Positions 14,900 through 24,655 of a stretch of 36,654 nucleotides of DNA are shown piece by piece. A program made the position numbers and the translations under genes. Under the pieces are notes generated by a model. It was not told the origin of the DNA and searched no databases. It worked only from the letters and a program-made list of their open reading frames with translations. The stretch spans positions 1 to 36,654 of the IMG/VR virus record IMGVR_UViG_3300042342_000200; one strand, given 5' to 3'. Within the stretch, counting starts at the first letter, position 1, and every line of letters begins with the position of its first letter. This stretch comes from a virus. Lineage: Duplodnaviria; Caudoviricetes.

Positions 14900-17082
14900 A
14901 AGACACCACCGGAATCGTAGCCGCAGCAAATGTGGCAAAAAACGGACCAAACTCGTCAAAAAGCGGTTCCGAGGAAATTCTGACCGTTGCCCGTTCACGT
15001 TTGAACACAGCGATGACTGCGTTTTCCGAGACACGCGAAGACGAACTTGACGATTTGCGGTTCTACGCAGGCTCTCCAGACAACCAGTGGCAGTGGCCCG
15101 CTGATGTGCTCCAGACCCGTGGCTCTTTGCAGGGCCAAACGATCAATGCCCGCCCCTGCCTGACCATCAACAAGCTGCCGCAGCACGTTCATCAAGTAAC
15201 GAACGAGCAGCGCATGAACCGCCCTGGCATCAAGGTGATCCCGGCTGACGACAAGGCCGATGTGGACATGGCAGACGTGTTCAACGGCGTGATTCGGCAC
15301 ATCGAGTACATCTCGGACGCTGACGTGGCCTACGACACCGCCTGCGAAAACCAAGTGTCCTACGGCGAAGGCTATATCCGGGTGCTGACTGAGTATTGCG
15401 ACGACAAGTCGTTCGATCAGGACATCAAGATCGGGCGCATCCGCAACAGTTTCAGCGTCTACATGGACCCTTTGATCCAAGACCCCGCAGGCGCAGACGC
15501 CCGCTGGTGCTTTATTACGGAAGACATCCCCAAAACTGAGTACGAGCGTTTGTACCCCGATGCAGCGCCTATCAGCACCCTCATGAGCCTTGGCGTGGGC
15601 GATCAGTCCATCGCCCAGTGGATCGGTGAGAACACCATCCGCATTGCTGAGTATTTCTACATTGAGTACGAGAAGCACACGCTCAACCTGTACCCTGGCA
15701 ACCAGACTGCGTTCAGCGGTACGCCCGAGGACAAGATGCTGCGCGAAATGTTTGGCAAGCCGATCCGCACCCGCGAAGCTGACCGCAAAAAGGTCAAGTG
15801 GTGCAAGATCAACGGCTACGACATCCTTGAAGAACGCGATTGGGCTGGCTCCTACATCCCCGTGGTGCGCGTGGTCGGTAACGAGTTTGAGGTGGACGGC
15901 CAGATGTACGTGTCGGGCTTGGTGCGCAACGCCAAGGATGCCCAGCGCATGTACAACTACTGGGTGTCGCAGGAAGCTGAAATGCTGGCGCTGGCCCCCA
16001 AAGCCCCGTTCATCGGGTACGGCGGGCAGTTTGAAGGCTACGAGCAGCAGTGGAAGACTGCCAACACAAACAACTGGCCTTACCTTGAGGTCAATCCAGA
16101 CGTTACAGACGGCCAAGGCGCTGTGTTGCCACTACCCCAGCGGGCACAGCCTCCAATGGCCTCCAGCGGCCTGCTGCAAGCCAAGGCGGGTGCTGCTGAA
16201 GACATCAAGTCGGCCACCGGCCAATACAACGCATCGCTGGGCATGACCAGCAACGAGCGTTCTGGCAAAGCCATCCTTGCGCGTCAGCGTGAGGGCGACA
16301 TCGGCACTTACCACTACGTTGACAACTTGGCCCGTGCGATCCGTCACATTGGCCGTCAACTTGTGGACCTGATCCCCAAGATTTACGACACCGAGCGCAT
16401 CGCCCGCATCATTGGCGAAGATGGTGAGCCATCGACCGTCAAGATGAACCCAGGCCAGCAAGAGCCGGTCAAGCGGATCGTGGACCAAGAAGGCGTGTTG
16501 ATCGAGAAGATCTACAACCCCGGCGTTGGCAAGTACGATGTGCGCGTGATCACCGGCCCAGGCTACGCTACCAAGCGTCAAGAGGCTTTGGAAAGCATGG
16601 CCCAGTTGCTGCAAGGCAACCCACAGTTGTGGCAAGTCGCTGGCGACCTGTTTGTCAAGAACATGGACTGGCCCGGTGCCCAAGACCTTGCCAAGCGGTT
16701 CAAGAAAACCATTGACCCCAAAGTGTTGGCCGATGATGACGATCCAGCCTTGGCCGCTGCCAACCAGCAGATGGAGGCGATGGCCGCTGAGATGGAGAAT
16801 ATGTTCCAGATGTTGCAAAACGTCAACAAGAGCATGGAAGTCCGTGACTTGGAAATCAAGGAACAGGCCAACCAAATCAAGGCATTTGATGCTGAGACTA
16901 AGCGTATCAGCGCCGTGCAGGCTGGTATGACTGAGCAGCAGATTCAAGACATCGCTATGGGTGTTGTGGCGGCTGCGATGGAAAGCAACGACAATATGGT
17001 CATGATGAATGAGCAGCGTCAGATGCCAGAAATGCAGCCTGAGATGATGCCACCCCAAGGAGAGATAAATGAAATGCGCTGA
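14896..17082 (+). CDS. Portal protein, P22-like
   Basis: 728 aa; FY.G.QW, RPCLTINKL, GLVRNAKDAQRMYN, SGKAILARQ, Gln-rich C-terminal barrel. Confidence 0.92.
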   Translation: MKDTTGIVAAANVAKNGPNSSKSGSEEILTVARSRLNTAMTAFSETREDELDDLRFYAGSPDNQWQWPADVLQTRGSLQGQTINARPCLTINKLPQHVHQVTNEQRMNRPGIKVIPADDKADVDMADVFNGVIRHIEYISDADVAYDTACENQVSYGEGYIRVLTEYCDDKSFDQDIKIGRIRNSFSVYMDPLIQDPAGADARWCFITEDIPKTEYERLYPDAAPISTLMSLGVGDQSIAQWIGENTIRIAEYFYIEYEKHTLNLYPGNQTAFSGTPEDKMLREMFGKPIRTREADRKKVKWCKINGYDILEERDWAGSYIPVVRVVGNEFEVDGQMYVSGLVRNAKDAQRMYNYWVSQEAEMLALAPKAPFIGYGGQFEGYEQQWKTANTNNWPYLEVNPDVTDGQGAVLPLPQRAQPPMASSGLLQAKAGAAEDIKSATGQYNASLGMTSNERSGKAILARQREGDIGTYHYVDNLARAIRHIGRQLVDLIPKIYDTERIARIIGEDGEPSTVKMNPGQQEPVKRIVDQEGVLIEKIYNPGVGKYDVRVITGPGYATKRQEALESMAQLLQGNPQLWQVAGDLFVKNMDWPGAQDLAKRFKKTIDPKVLADDDDPALAAANQQMEAMAAEMENMFQMLQNVNKSMEVRDLEIKEQANQIKAFDAETKRISAVQAGMTEQQIQDIAMGVVAAAMESNDNMVMMNEQRQMPEMQPEMMPPQGEINEMR

Positions 17083-17431
17083 TTTTGTAGGCGAACTGTT
17101 CCTGGCCCGTGACGTGGCCCACTCGGTTCACTTGAACACCCGCAGCTTTTCCAAACACATGGCGCTGAACACGTTCTATGACGGGGTGATTGACTTGGCC
17201 GACAAGTTTGCCGAGGCGTATCAAGGCCGTCATGGTCTAATTGGACCCATCAGCTTGATGAGTGCCAAGAAGACCACAAACATCATTGAGTTTCTGGAGC
17301 AGTCCCTTAAAGACATTGAGGATATGCGGTACGAGGTGGTGAGCAAAACCGACACCCCGATCCAGAACATCATTGATGAAATCGTTGGGCTTTATTTGGC
17401 AACGCTCTATAAATTGAAATTCTTGGCATAA
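17069..17431 (+). CDS. Ferritin/Dps-like four-helix protein
   Basis: HSVHLNT..F..HMAL..FYD...D..AE..QG pattern resembling the Dps helix pair; GGAG RBS. Confidence 0.65.
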   Translation: MKCADFVGELFLARDVAHSVHLNTRSFSKHMALNTFYDGVIDLADKFAEAYQGRHGLIGPISLMSAKKTTNIIEFLEQSLKDIEDMRYEVVSKTDTPIQNIIDEIVGLYLATLYKLKFLA

Positions 17432-17453
17432 TTGCCGCCATAAGGAGAGTATC

Positions 17454-17756
17454 TTGGAACTTCTCAATCCCCTCACCAAAGCCAATTTCCCGGCTCAAAC
17501 CGCCTCTTTCACAGGCACAGCGGCCAACACATCTGGCTGGCCCGCTGGTCCTGAAGGCGTCATGGTCTGGTCCACAGAGCCTTGCTACATTGAAGTGGGT
17601 GAAGGTGCCGTGGCAACAACTGCCAGCACACCGATCCCTGCATTCACACCCATCCCGTTCAAAGTGGCGATCAGCACCAGCGGTCTGTGGCGCGTCAGTG
17701 CCATCCAGATCTCGTCTGCTGGCGTGGTGTACTGCAAACCGATGAACACAAAATGA
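17454..17756 (+). CDS. Putative virion structural protein (100 aa, TTG start)
   Basis: AAGGAG RBS; beta-rich, Thr/Ala rich. Confidence 0.7.
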   Translation: MELLNPLTKANFPAQTASFTGTAANTSGWPAGPEGVMVWSTEPCYIEVGEGAVATTASTPIPAFTPIPFKVAISTSGLWRVSAIQISSAGVVYCKPMNTK

Positions 17757-17911
17757 GCTTCCTTGCTGTTCGCAACGCTGTTGGCATTGGACTGGGTGGC
17801 ATCATCACGTTGTTTGGTGGTCGCAACAGCGAACAGGCACAAAGCAACCTTTTAGCAGAAGACGGCGACAACCTCGTACAAGAGGATGGCGGTCTGATCT
17901 TGTTGGAGTAA
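17753..17911 (+). CDS. Small protein with LLAEDGDNLVQEDG motif (52 aa), possible fibre adaptor
   Basis: ATGA coupling; repeated L..EDG motif. Confidence 0.6.
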   Translation: MSFLAVRNAVGIGLGGIITLFGGRNSEQAQSNLLAEDGDNLVQEDGGLILLE

Positions 17912-17914
17912 CCG

Positions 17915-19657
17915 ATGACCGTTCTTCTCTCTCCCGTGGGTGGCGTTGCAGCCCAGTTCTTTGACAACAACGGCAACCCGTTGTCTGGTGGCAAGCTGTA
18001 CAGCTACGCAGCAGGCACCACAACACCCGCAGCCACTTACACCAGTTCCTTGGGCGTCACTGCCCACACCAACCCGATTGTGTTGGATTCTGGTGGCCGA
18101 GTGCCCGGTGGAGAGATTTGGCTGACCGATGGGGTCATTTACAAGTTTGTTTTGCAGACCAGCACCAACGTGCTGATTGCCACCTACGACAACATCGTGG
18201 GCATCAACTCCAACTTTGTCAACTACACGACTGAGCAAGAGATTCAAACGGCCACCGCAGGCCAAACCGTGTTCAACCTGACCACTACTCAGTACCAGCC
18301 GGGCACCAACAGCCTAAGCGTGTACGTGGACGGCGTGAACCAGTACGGTCCTGGTGCTCAATACGCTTACCTTGAGACTGACAGCGACACGGTGACCTTT
18401 GTGTCCGGTTTGCATGTGGGTGCCAGCGTCAAGTTCACCACGGCCACACAGACCACTGGTAACGCAACTGATGCGTCTGTGGTGGCCTATACGCCTCCGT
18501 TTACCGGTGGTGTGGCAACCAACGTCGAAGACAAACTGGCGCAAACAATTAGCGTGCAAGACTTTGGTGCTGTTGGTGACGGCGTAACGGACGACACGGT
18601 GGCGATTCAAGCTGCAATTGACAATTCGGTTTCTGGTGTGCAAATTTACTTTCCACCAGGAACATACAAAACAACTGCGGCGCTAAAAGTAAAAACAGAC
18701 ACAGTGCTTGCTGGGTCTAACCGCGATGTTTGTGTTATTCAAAACTCAGTAAGTACAATACTTACTACAAATGAACCAACGGCAACTCGTTACTATGAAG
18801 TAGTAATTAAAGAATTGACTTTTGATGGTGTTGCAGTTGCAGGGCAGATAGGTATTAATTTGCCGCACGTTTCATTTTCAAAACTTGAACGTGTGGCCGT
18901 TTTTAACTGCGCAACGGGTATTTACTACATTGCTGAAACAAGCGGCGGCACTGTAACAGGCGCGTATTACAACTCAATTTACGATCCGCTTGTATCTGAT
19001 TGCACCAACGGTATCGTATTTGATAAAACCGCAAATGAAAATTCAGTGTATGGCGGAAAAATTACTGATTGCGATGCTGGAGCATATCTTGGAAGCGTCA
19101 ACTCTGTCAAATTTATTGCCACCGCTTTTGAAGGCAACGTAACATATGGTGCAGCTATTACGGGGTATAACTGCTCATTGATTTCATGCAGATTTGAGGG
19201 AAATAACACTTGCACAGGCGTTAACAATAACCCCACCACAGGCGTATATAGCAACTATGTATACGCTCCTCATTTCCAAGGGTTGTTGGCAAGTTACAAC
19301 GATGTAACAGGTACGTTAACAATCATTGATGATTCTGGAATGAACTTGGGTGTTCGTACCCATGTAACTGCTTTTCATACAAAAAGAACAGCATCTGGTT
19401 CATTACCTTTAATGTATCTTGAGGACACTGGCGCTGCATCGGGAAATCCTAGTGTTTATAAATCCTCATTGGCGAGAACCACAGGTAAGCACATAGAAGG
19501 CGTAAATGAATCTGGTACGGCAGTATGGGGCGTGAACTATTATGGTCAGTACGAGTGTTTTACCGCTAACAGGGGCATTTTCTTGCGTTCTCCTAACGGA
19601 TCGCGTTGGGAAATTTATGTAACTAATGCTGGAACTATTGCGGTTGCAGCAGCTTAA
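17915..19657 (+). CDS. Tailspike 1: virion-binding N-terminus plus pectate-lyase-like beta-helix
   Basis: SVQDFGAVGDGVTDDTVAIQAAID, IYFPPGTY; Asn/Thr-rich beta-helix; GC drop after ~18640. Confidence 0.88.
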   Translation: MTVLLSPVGGVAAQFFDNNGNPLSGGKLYSYAAGTTTPAATYTSSLGVTAHTNPIVLDSGGRVPGGEIWLTDGVIYKFVLQTSTNVLIATYDNIVGINSNFVNYTTEQEIQTATAGQTVFNLTTTQYQPGTNSLSVYVDGVNQYGPGAQYAYLETDSDTVTFVSGLHVGASVKFTTATQTTGNATDASVVAYTPPFTGGVATNVEDKLAQTISVQDFGAVGDGVTDDTVAIQAAIDNSVSGVQIYFPPGTYKTTAALKVKTDTVLAGSNRDVCVIQNSVSTILTTNEPTATRYYEVVIKELTFDGVAVAGQIGINLPHVSFSKLERVAVFNCATGIYYIAETSGGTVTGAYYNSIYDPLVSDCTNGIVFDKTANENSVYGGKITDCDAGAYLGSVNSVKFIATAFEGNVTYGAAITGYNCSLISCRFEGNNTCTGVNNNPTTGVYSNYVYAPHFQGLLASYNDVTGTLTIIDDSGMNLGVRTHVTAFHTKRTASGSLPLMYLEDTGAASGNPSVYKSSLARTTGKHIEGVNESGTAVWGVNYYGQYECFTANRGIFLRSPNGSRWEIYVTNAGTIAVAAA

Positions 19658-19676
19658 TTAATCACAGAGGTACAAA

Positions 19677-20501
19677 ATGGCTGACGCAAAAATATCCGCA
19701 CTGCCTGCATCGACTACCCCGCTTGCGGGTACTGAAGTTGTCCCACTTGTTCAAAGTGGTGCAACCAAACAAGTCAGCGTTGCAAACTTAACAGCAGGTC
19801 GAGCGGTCAGCGCCTTAAGTTACAACGCAACATCTTTTTCTCGCGTAACTGCGGAAGGCGCGGCAATTGGGTCGACGGGTCAAGCACTCCAAGCGCAAAG
19901 AACAACCAATGATTCAATTTTGTATGCGGGTTATCGAACCACACCAGATGCTTGGGTAATTGGCGCATCATATACTAGTACGGGTGCGTATAGACCCATT
20001 ATTTTTGCGACAAGCGATCTTGCTAGGGTTACTGTCGCCACTGGCGGCGATGTCACAGTCAACACAGGCAACCTCGTCATCGGCACATCTGGCAAAGGCA
20101 TCGACTTTTCTGCCACACCGGGCACAGGCACAAGCGAGTTGCTGGCTGATTATGAAGAAGGTACTTGGACGCCTACAGTTACTGCTAGAACAGGAACCAT
20201 TACTTCAGTGGGGACCGTATATGGTTCTTACACTCTTGTTGGTAGACAAGTAACATTAAATGCAAAAATACCAATTACTAACAATGGAACAGGCGCTGGT
20301 GCGATAATCATAGCGGGAATGCCGTTTTCACCCAATACAAGTGGTATTATCTATTACAACGCATTGGGAATTAATGATTCCACTGCAAAATCAATAAATG
20401 GTTTTGTTTCGTCAGCTAATATAGAGTGCAGATATTATGATTCAACATACCCAGTTGCAAGCACCCAAACACTTTACATAACTACAACTTATTTTGTTTA
20501 A
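19677..20501 (+). CDS. Tail fibre-like protein
   Basis: MADAKISALP N-terminus, GKGIDFSA, LADYEEGTWTP motif; GAGG RBS. Confidence 0.75.
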   Translation: MADAKISALPASTTPLAGTEVVPLVQSGATKQVSVANLTAGRAVSALSYNATSFSRVTAEGAAIGSTGQALQAQRTTNDSILYAGYRTTPDAWVIGASYTSTGAYRPIIFATSDLARVTVATGGDVTVNTGNLVIGTSGKGIDFSATPGTGTSELLADYEEGTWTPTVTARTGTITSVGTVYGSYTLVGRQVTLNAKIPITNNGTGAGAIIIAGMPFSPNTSGIIYYNALGINDSTAKSINGFVSSANIECRYYDSTYPVASTQTLYITTTYFV

Positions 20502-20535
20502 GTTGCGGAAATTGAAAATTTTTAAAGGTTGAAAT

Positions 20536-22200
20536 ATGTCATTGACAAAAGTAACGTACTCAATGATTCAGGGCGCTCCTGTAAACATTGTCGACTATGG
20601 GGCAAGCCCTTCTGCGACAGCATCTGAAAACGCAACCGCAATTCAAGCTGCTGCCAATGCTGCAAACGCAACAGGTGGCTATCTTGTTGGAGCACCCGGC
20701 GTTTATACAGTAGACGCCACAATTCAACTTGAGTGCAATGGTGATTTGGGTAATCTTGCAATTGAAGCTAACGCAAATAGCGTCAGCCCAATTGTTCGTT
20801 TTGGTACGGCAACCGGCGCCCCGACCAGCTACAAACGAATTGTTTTACCATCAGTCCGCAACAATTCACGCGCTACGGGGACTTGGGGCGTGGGTATTGC
20901 TGTGGAGTTAGCAAACTGCAATACCTGCCAAATTACCGTTGTAAGCGCAACTGAATGTGAAACCGGCGTGTACGCTGGGGGATACACCAGCGGATTTGCG
21001 TACAACACTGTTAGCTTAATGTTTGTTTATTCAAATAAGATTAACATGAATGTTGGCGCAAGATCGGTTGACGGATGGTCAAACCAAAACACGTTTATTG
21101 CTGGACGGCTTGGGACCAATAGCGCAGATTTCACAGTCAGCGGGTACACTGGCACACGCGACATCATTATCGGTAATTCTTACGGACAAGCAAACAACAA
21201 CATATTTCTCAACACAAGTTTGGAATCCGCAGATGTTGAGTATTCTATTGAATTTAAACAACAAACTGCGTTTAATCAATTTCAGTCTTGTCGCTACGAG
21301 GGTGCCGGCGCTAAAAGAGTATTATTTAATACTGACAATTCATCCGGTAATAATTCAAACTTGTTCATAGGCGGCTATCAAGCGTCTGATATTGTTTTTT
21401 CATATTCCGGCAGCGGGTCTAACTCATACAACTCGTTAATTGCAGGAAGATCAAATTTTATTGACGCAACTGGTGTTGGTTTTAGTATAAGTACCGGCTC
21501 TAGCTCGCAACCACATTTGCAAGGATTTGAGGCTGGAACAACCGCGCTTGGAAAAACTAACAGCGCAACGAATTGGGTTTATAGAGTTTCTGAATTAGGA
21601 TATTTTGTAAAGCCATCGGCAAGCACGTATCAAGCAATACGCATTGCGCCAACTGGTTACATATACCTCGGAACTGGAACAACAGCAACTCCTGAAAGTT
21701 ATTTTAGGGAGTATGGTGCGGATCAAATTAGATTTTCGGTAAACAATGGCAGCACTGGATCATTAACGCCAGCTGTTGATAATGTTGTTGCTTTGGGTCA
21801 GGGCAGCAATCGTATGTCGGTAATTTATGCCGCCACTGGTTCAATTAACACTTCCGACGCCCGTGAAAAACAAGATATTGAACCACTTGCCATCGCCGAA
21901 AAGCGTGTTGCAGTTGCACTTAAAGGATTGGTTAAAAAATTCCGATTCAAAGATGCTGTTGATAAAAAAGGTTTAGCCGCGCGAATTCACGTTGGCGTAG
22001 TTGTTCAAGAAATCATTGCTGCATTTCAAGCTGAAGGTCTTGATGCTATGAATTACGCAATGGTTTGCTATGACAAGTGGGAAGCGCAGGCCGAAGAACG
22101 TGACGAGAATGGTCTTGTGACAAATCCTGCCCGTGAAGCTGGAGATCGCTACGGTATTCGTTACGAGGAACTGTTGGCATTTATCATTGGAGCAATGTAA
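20536..22200 (+). CDS. Tailspike 2 with C-terminal intramolecular chaperone (peptidase S74-like)
   Basis: VNIVDYGA...NATAIQAA beta-helix cap; TSDAREKQDI cleavage motif; GIRYEELLAF end. Confidence 0.85.
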   Translation: MSLTKVTYSMIQGAPVNIVDYGASPSATASENATAIQAAANAANATGGYLVGAPGVYTVDATIQLECNGDLGNLAIEANANSVSPIVRFGTATGAPTSYKRIVLPSVRNNSRATGTWGVGIAVELANCNTCQITVVSATECETGVYAGGYTSGFAYNTVSLMFVYSNKINMNVGARSVDGWSNQNTFIAGRLGTNSADFTVSGYTGTRDIIIGNSYGQANNNIFLNTSLESADVEYSIEFKQQTAFNQFQSCRYEGAGAKRVLFNTDNSSGNNSNLFIGGYQASDIVFSYSGSGSNSYNSLIAGRSNFIDATGVGFSISTGSSSQPHLQGFEAGTTALGKTNSATNWVYRVSELGYFVKPSASTYQAIRIAPTGYIYLGTGTTATPESYFREYGADQIRFSVNNGSTGSLTPAVDNVVALGQGSNRMSVIYAATGSINTSDAREKQDIEPLAIAEKRVAVALKGLVKKFRFKDAVDKKGLAARIHVGVVVQEIIAAFQAEGLDAMNYAMVCYDKWEAQAEERDENGLVTNPAREAGDRYGIRYEELLAFIIGAM

Positions 22201-22222
22201 CCGTACTGGCGCGGCCCACCAG
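22199..22222 (+). promoter_or_regulatory. Hairpin element AACCGTACYGGYGNGGYYCACCRG, copy 1
   Basis: 18/24 identical to 22554-22577 with a compensatory stem change. Confidence 0.55.
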
Positions 22223-22268
22223 CCTTAATGCCTGACTGGATGGTCAGGATGGAAACAAGGAAAACATC

Positions 22269-22535
22269 ATGTCTCTTGAAAAAGTAATCTCTGCCGATCT
22301 GATTGAAACACTTGAAAATGGCTGTGTGCAAGTCCGCACCAAGACCGTCATTAAAGAAGATGGCGTTGAAATCAGCAGCAAGTTTTACCGTCACGTTGTC
22401 GCCCCCGGCGATGATTACAGCGCCGAGGATGCCCGTGTACAGGCCATCTGCGCTGCCATGCACACTGTTGACGTTGTGGCCGCATACAAAGCTGCCCAAG
22501 AAGCTGCCCAAACCAATGTTGCACAGCCAGAGTAA
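22269..22535 (+). CDS. Hypothetical protein, possible tail assembly/accessory factor (88 aa)
   Basis: AAGGA RBS; follows the tailspikes. Confidence 0.75.
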   Translation: MSLEKVISADLIETLENGCVQVRTKTVIKEDGVEISSKFYRHVVAPGDDYSAEDARVQAICAAMHTVDVVAAYKAAQEAAQTNVAQPE

Positions 22536-22577
22536 TCTGCTGTAAGATAACCCAACCGTACCGGTGAGGTTCACCGG
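22519..22577 (+). promoter_or_regulatory. Promoter TTGCAC-18-TAAGAT followed by hairpin element copy 2 (scaffold leader)
   Basis: Same hexamers and spacing as 2612-2641; CCGGTG-AGGTT-CACCGG stem-loop at 22561-22577. Confidence 0.6.
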
Positions 22578-22596
22578 GAACTCACACGAGTTAAAA

Positions 22597-23385
22597 ATGA
22601 CTGATGAAGTCCAAGCCTTAGCGGAAGTTGACTCCGCGCAAGCACCCGAGGTGACGGCCACCACGGACAATGCACAAAATGCGCCGGTAGTAGCTGAGAA
22701 TCAAGACGGTAGCACCCAGGAAGAAAAGAAGTATTCCCAGGCTGAAATCGACGCGATGATTGGCAAGCGCCTCGCAAGAGAACAGCGCAAATGGGAACGT
22801 GAGCAGCAGGCAAAGCAGGCACCCGTGCCAGCAATGCCAACGGATATTCCGACATCAGATCAATTTGACAGCCCGCAGGCATACGGTGATTTCATCCGTG
22901 CCGAAGCTGAAAAGCTGGTCCAACATCGGGAGATCCAGAATCAACGCGCTGAGATTGAGGAAACCTTTGCAGAGCGTGAGGAAGAAGCCCGGTCTAAATA
23001 CGATGACTTTGACCAAGTTGCGTATAACCCGAATCTTCGAGTCACCGATGCGATGGCCGAAACCATCAAAGCGTCTGACCTTGGACCTGATCTGGCCTAC
23101 TGGCTGGGCAGCAACCCCAAGGAAGCTGATCGCATATCTCGCTTGTCGCCACTGTTGCAAGCGCGTGAGATTGGAAAAGTTGAGGCTAAATTAACTGCCG
23201 AGCCTTTCCAAAAGAAAACCTCGTCTGCGCCAGACCCGATTCGTCCGGTAACCGCACGAGCAAGCAACCCTGGTGTCACTGACACCACCGATCCTCGGTC
23301 TACCAAGACACTGAATGTATCGGACTGGATTGCTGCCGAGCGCCAAAGACAAATCGACAAAGCACGGGCAACCCGCAACCGCTAA
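22597..23385 (+). CDS. Capsid scaffolding protein
   Basis: Acidic, helical, low-complexity N-terminus, basic C-terminal helix; immediately upstream of coat; ATG at 22597. Confidence 0.8.
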   Translation: MTDEVQALAEVDSAQAPEVTATTDNAQNAPVVAENQDGSTQEEKKYSQAEIDAMIGKRLAREQRKWEREQQAKQAPVPAMPTDIPTSDQFDSPQAYGDFIRAEAEKLVQHREIQNQRAEIEETFAEREEEARSKYDDFDQVAYNPNLRVTDAMAETIKASDLGPDLAYWLGSNPKEADRISRLSPLLQAREIGKVEAKLTAEPFQKKTSSAPDPIRPVTARASNPGVTDTTDPRSTKTLNVSDWIAAERQRQIDKARATRNR

Positions 23386-23401
23386 ATAGGAAATCATCAT
23401 C

Positions 23402-24601
23402 ATGAGCAATTCGATCCTTACCATTGACATGATCACCCGCAAGTCTCTCGAAATCCTTGAGAACAACTTGGTGATCACCCGCAACGTGAACCGTCAGTAC
23501 GACGACAGCTTCGCTGTCTCAGGTGCCAAGATCGGTTCCACACTGCGTATCCGTTTGCCCGACCGCGCTTTGGTCACTGACGGTGCCGCCCTGCAAGTTC
23601 AGGACGACAACGAACAGTTCACCACTTTGACTGTCTCCAGCCAAAAGCACATCGGCATCAACTTCACATCCGCTGAATTGACCATGCAGATGGACGACTT
23701 CGCAGAGCGTGTCTTGAAGCCACGTATCAGCCAGTTGGCCTCCACCGTGGACGCTGACGTTGCCAACGCATACAAGCTGGTCGGTAACTCTGTTGGCTCC
23801 CCCGGCAATGCCCCATCGACCGCCCTGGTGCTGTTGCAAGCCCAGCAGAAGCTGAACGAGAATGCCGCCACCATGTCGCCTCGTTACGCTACCGTGAACC
23901 CTGCCGCTAACGCTGCTCTGGTGAACGGTCTGTCTGGTTTCTTCAACCCCACAGATGTCATCTCGCGCCAGTTCAAGAACGGCATGATGGGTGAGCAAGT
24001 GTTGGGCTACGAAGAAGTCAACATGAGCCAGTCGATCAAGGTCCACACTTGCGGCACCCGTGCTGCTACTGGCAACACCACTGGTGCGAGCGTGACTGCT
24101 GAAGGCGCAACCACTCTAACATTGACTGTCGGTTCTGGTGAAACCATCGCTGTTGGTGACGTGTTCACAATCGCTGACTGCTTTGCAGCCAACCCACAGA
24201 CTCGTGAGTCCACAGGTTCGTTGTTCCAGTTCGTGGCTTTGACCTCCTCCACCAGCACAACCACAGCCACTGTGACTGTTGCCCCAATGTACTCGGCTGG
24301 TAACGCCCTGTGCACGATGGTCAGTTTGCCTTTGACTGGCAAGGCTGTGATCTTCGTTGGTGCCGCTAGTGGTTCGTTCCCCCAGAACTTGGTGTACCAC
24401 AAGGATGCCATCGCATTCGCTACCGCCGACCTGTTGCTGCCACAAGGCGTTGACATGGCAAGCCGTGCCGTTCACAACGGTATCAGCCTGCGTGTTGTTC
24501 GTCAGTACGACATCAACAACGACCGTATGCCTTGCCGTGTTGACGTGTTGTATGGCTTCAACACCATTCGTCCACAAATGGCTTGCCGCATCTTCGGCTA
24601 A
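23402..24601 (+). CDS. Major capsid protein, P22 coat family
   Basis: 399 aa; KIGSTLRIRLP, RVDVLYG C-terminus; strong codon bias; follows scaffold. Confidence 0.92.
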   Translation: MSNSILTIDMITRKSLEILENNLVITRNVNRQYDDSFAVSGAKIGSTLRIRLPDRALVTDGAALQVQDDNEQFTTLTVSSQKHIGINFTSAELTMQMDDFAERVLKPRISQLASTVDADVANAYKLVGNSVGSPGNAPSTALVLLQAQQKLNENAATMSPRYATVNPAANAALVNGLSGFFNPTDVISRQFKNGMMGEQVLGYEEVNMSQSIKVHTCGTRAATGNTTGASVTAEGATTLTLTVGSGETIAVGDVFTIADCFAANPQTRESTGSLFQFVALTSSTSTTTATVTVAPMYSAGNALCTMVSLPLTGKAVIFVGAASGSFPQNLVYHKDAIAFATADLLLPQGVDMASRAVHNGISLRVVRQYDINNDRMPCRVDVLYGFNTIRPQMACRIFG

Positions 24602-24608
24602 ATCGAAC

Positions 24609-24630
24609 CGGGGGCTTCGGCCCCTGCTTT
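24609..24630 (+). terminator. GGGGC-TTCG-GCCCC hairpin with weak U-tract
   Basis: cUUCGg tetraloop right after the coat stop. Confidence 0.65.
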
Positions 24631-24655
24631 CAAACCACTTTAAAAGGAAATTATC

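Noticed and set aside
14995-17058. Long antisense ORFs (373 aa and 308 aa here; similar ones at 3958-4929, 7385-8212, 26250-27374)
   Set aside because: Shadow frames of GC3-biased real genes; no motifs or RBS
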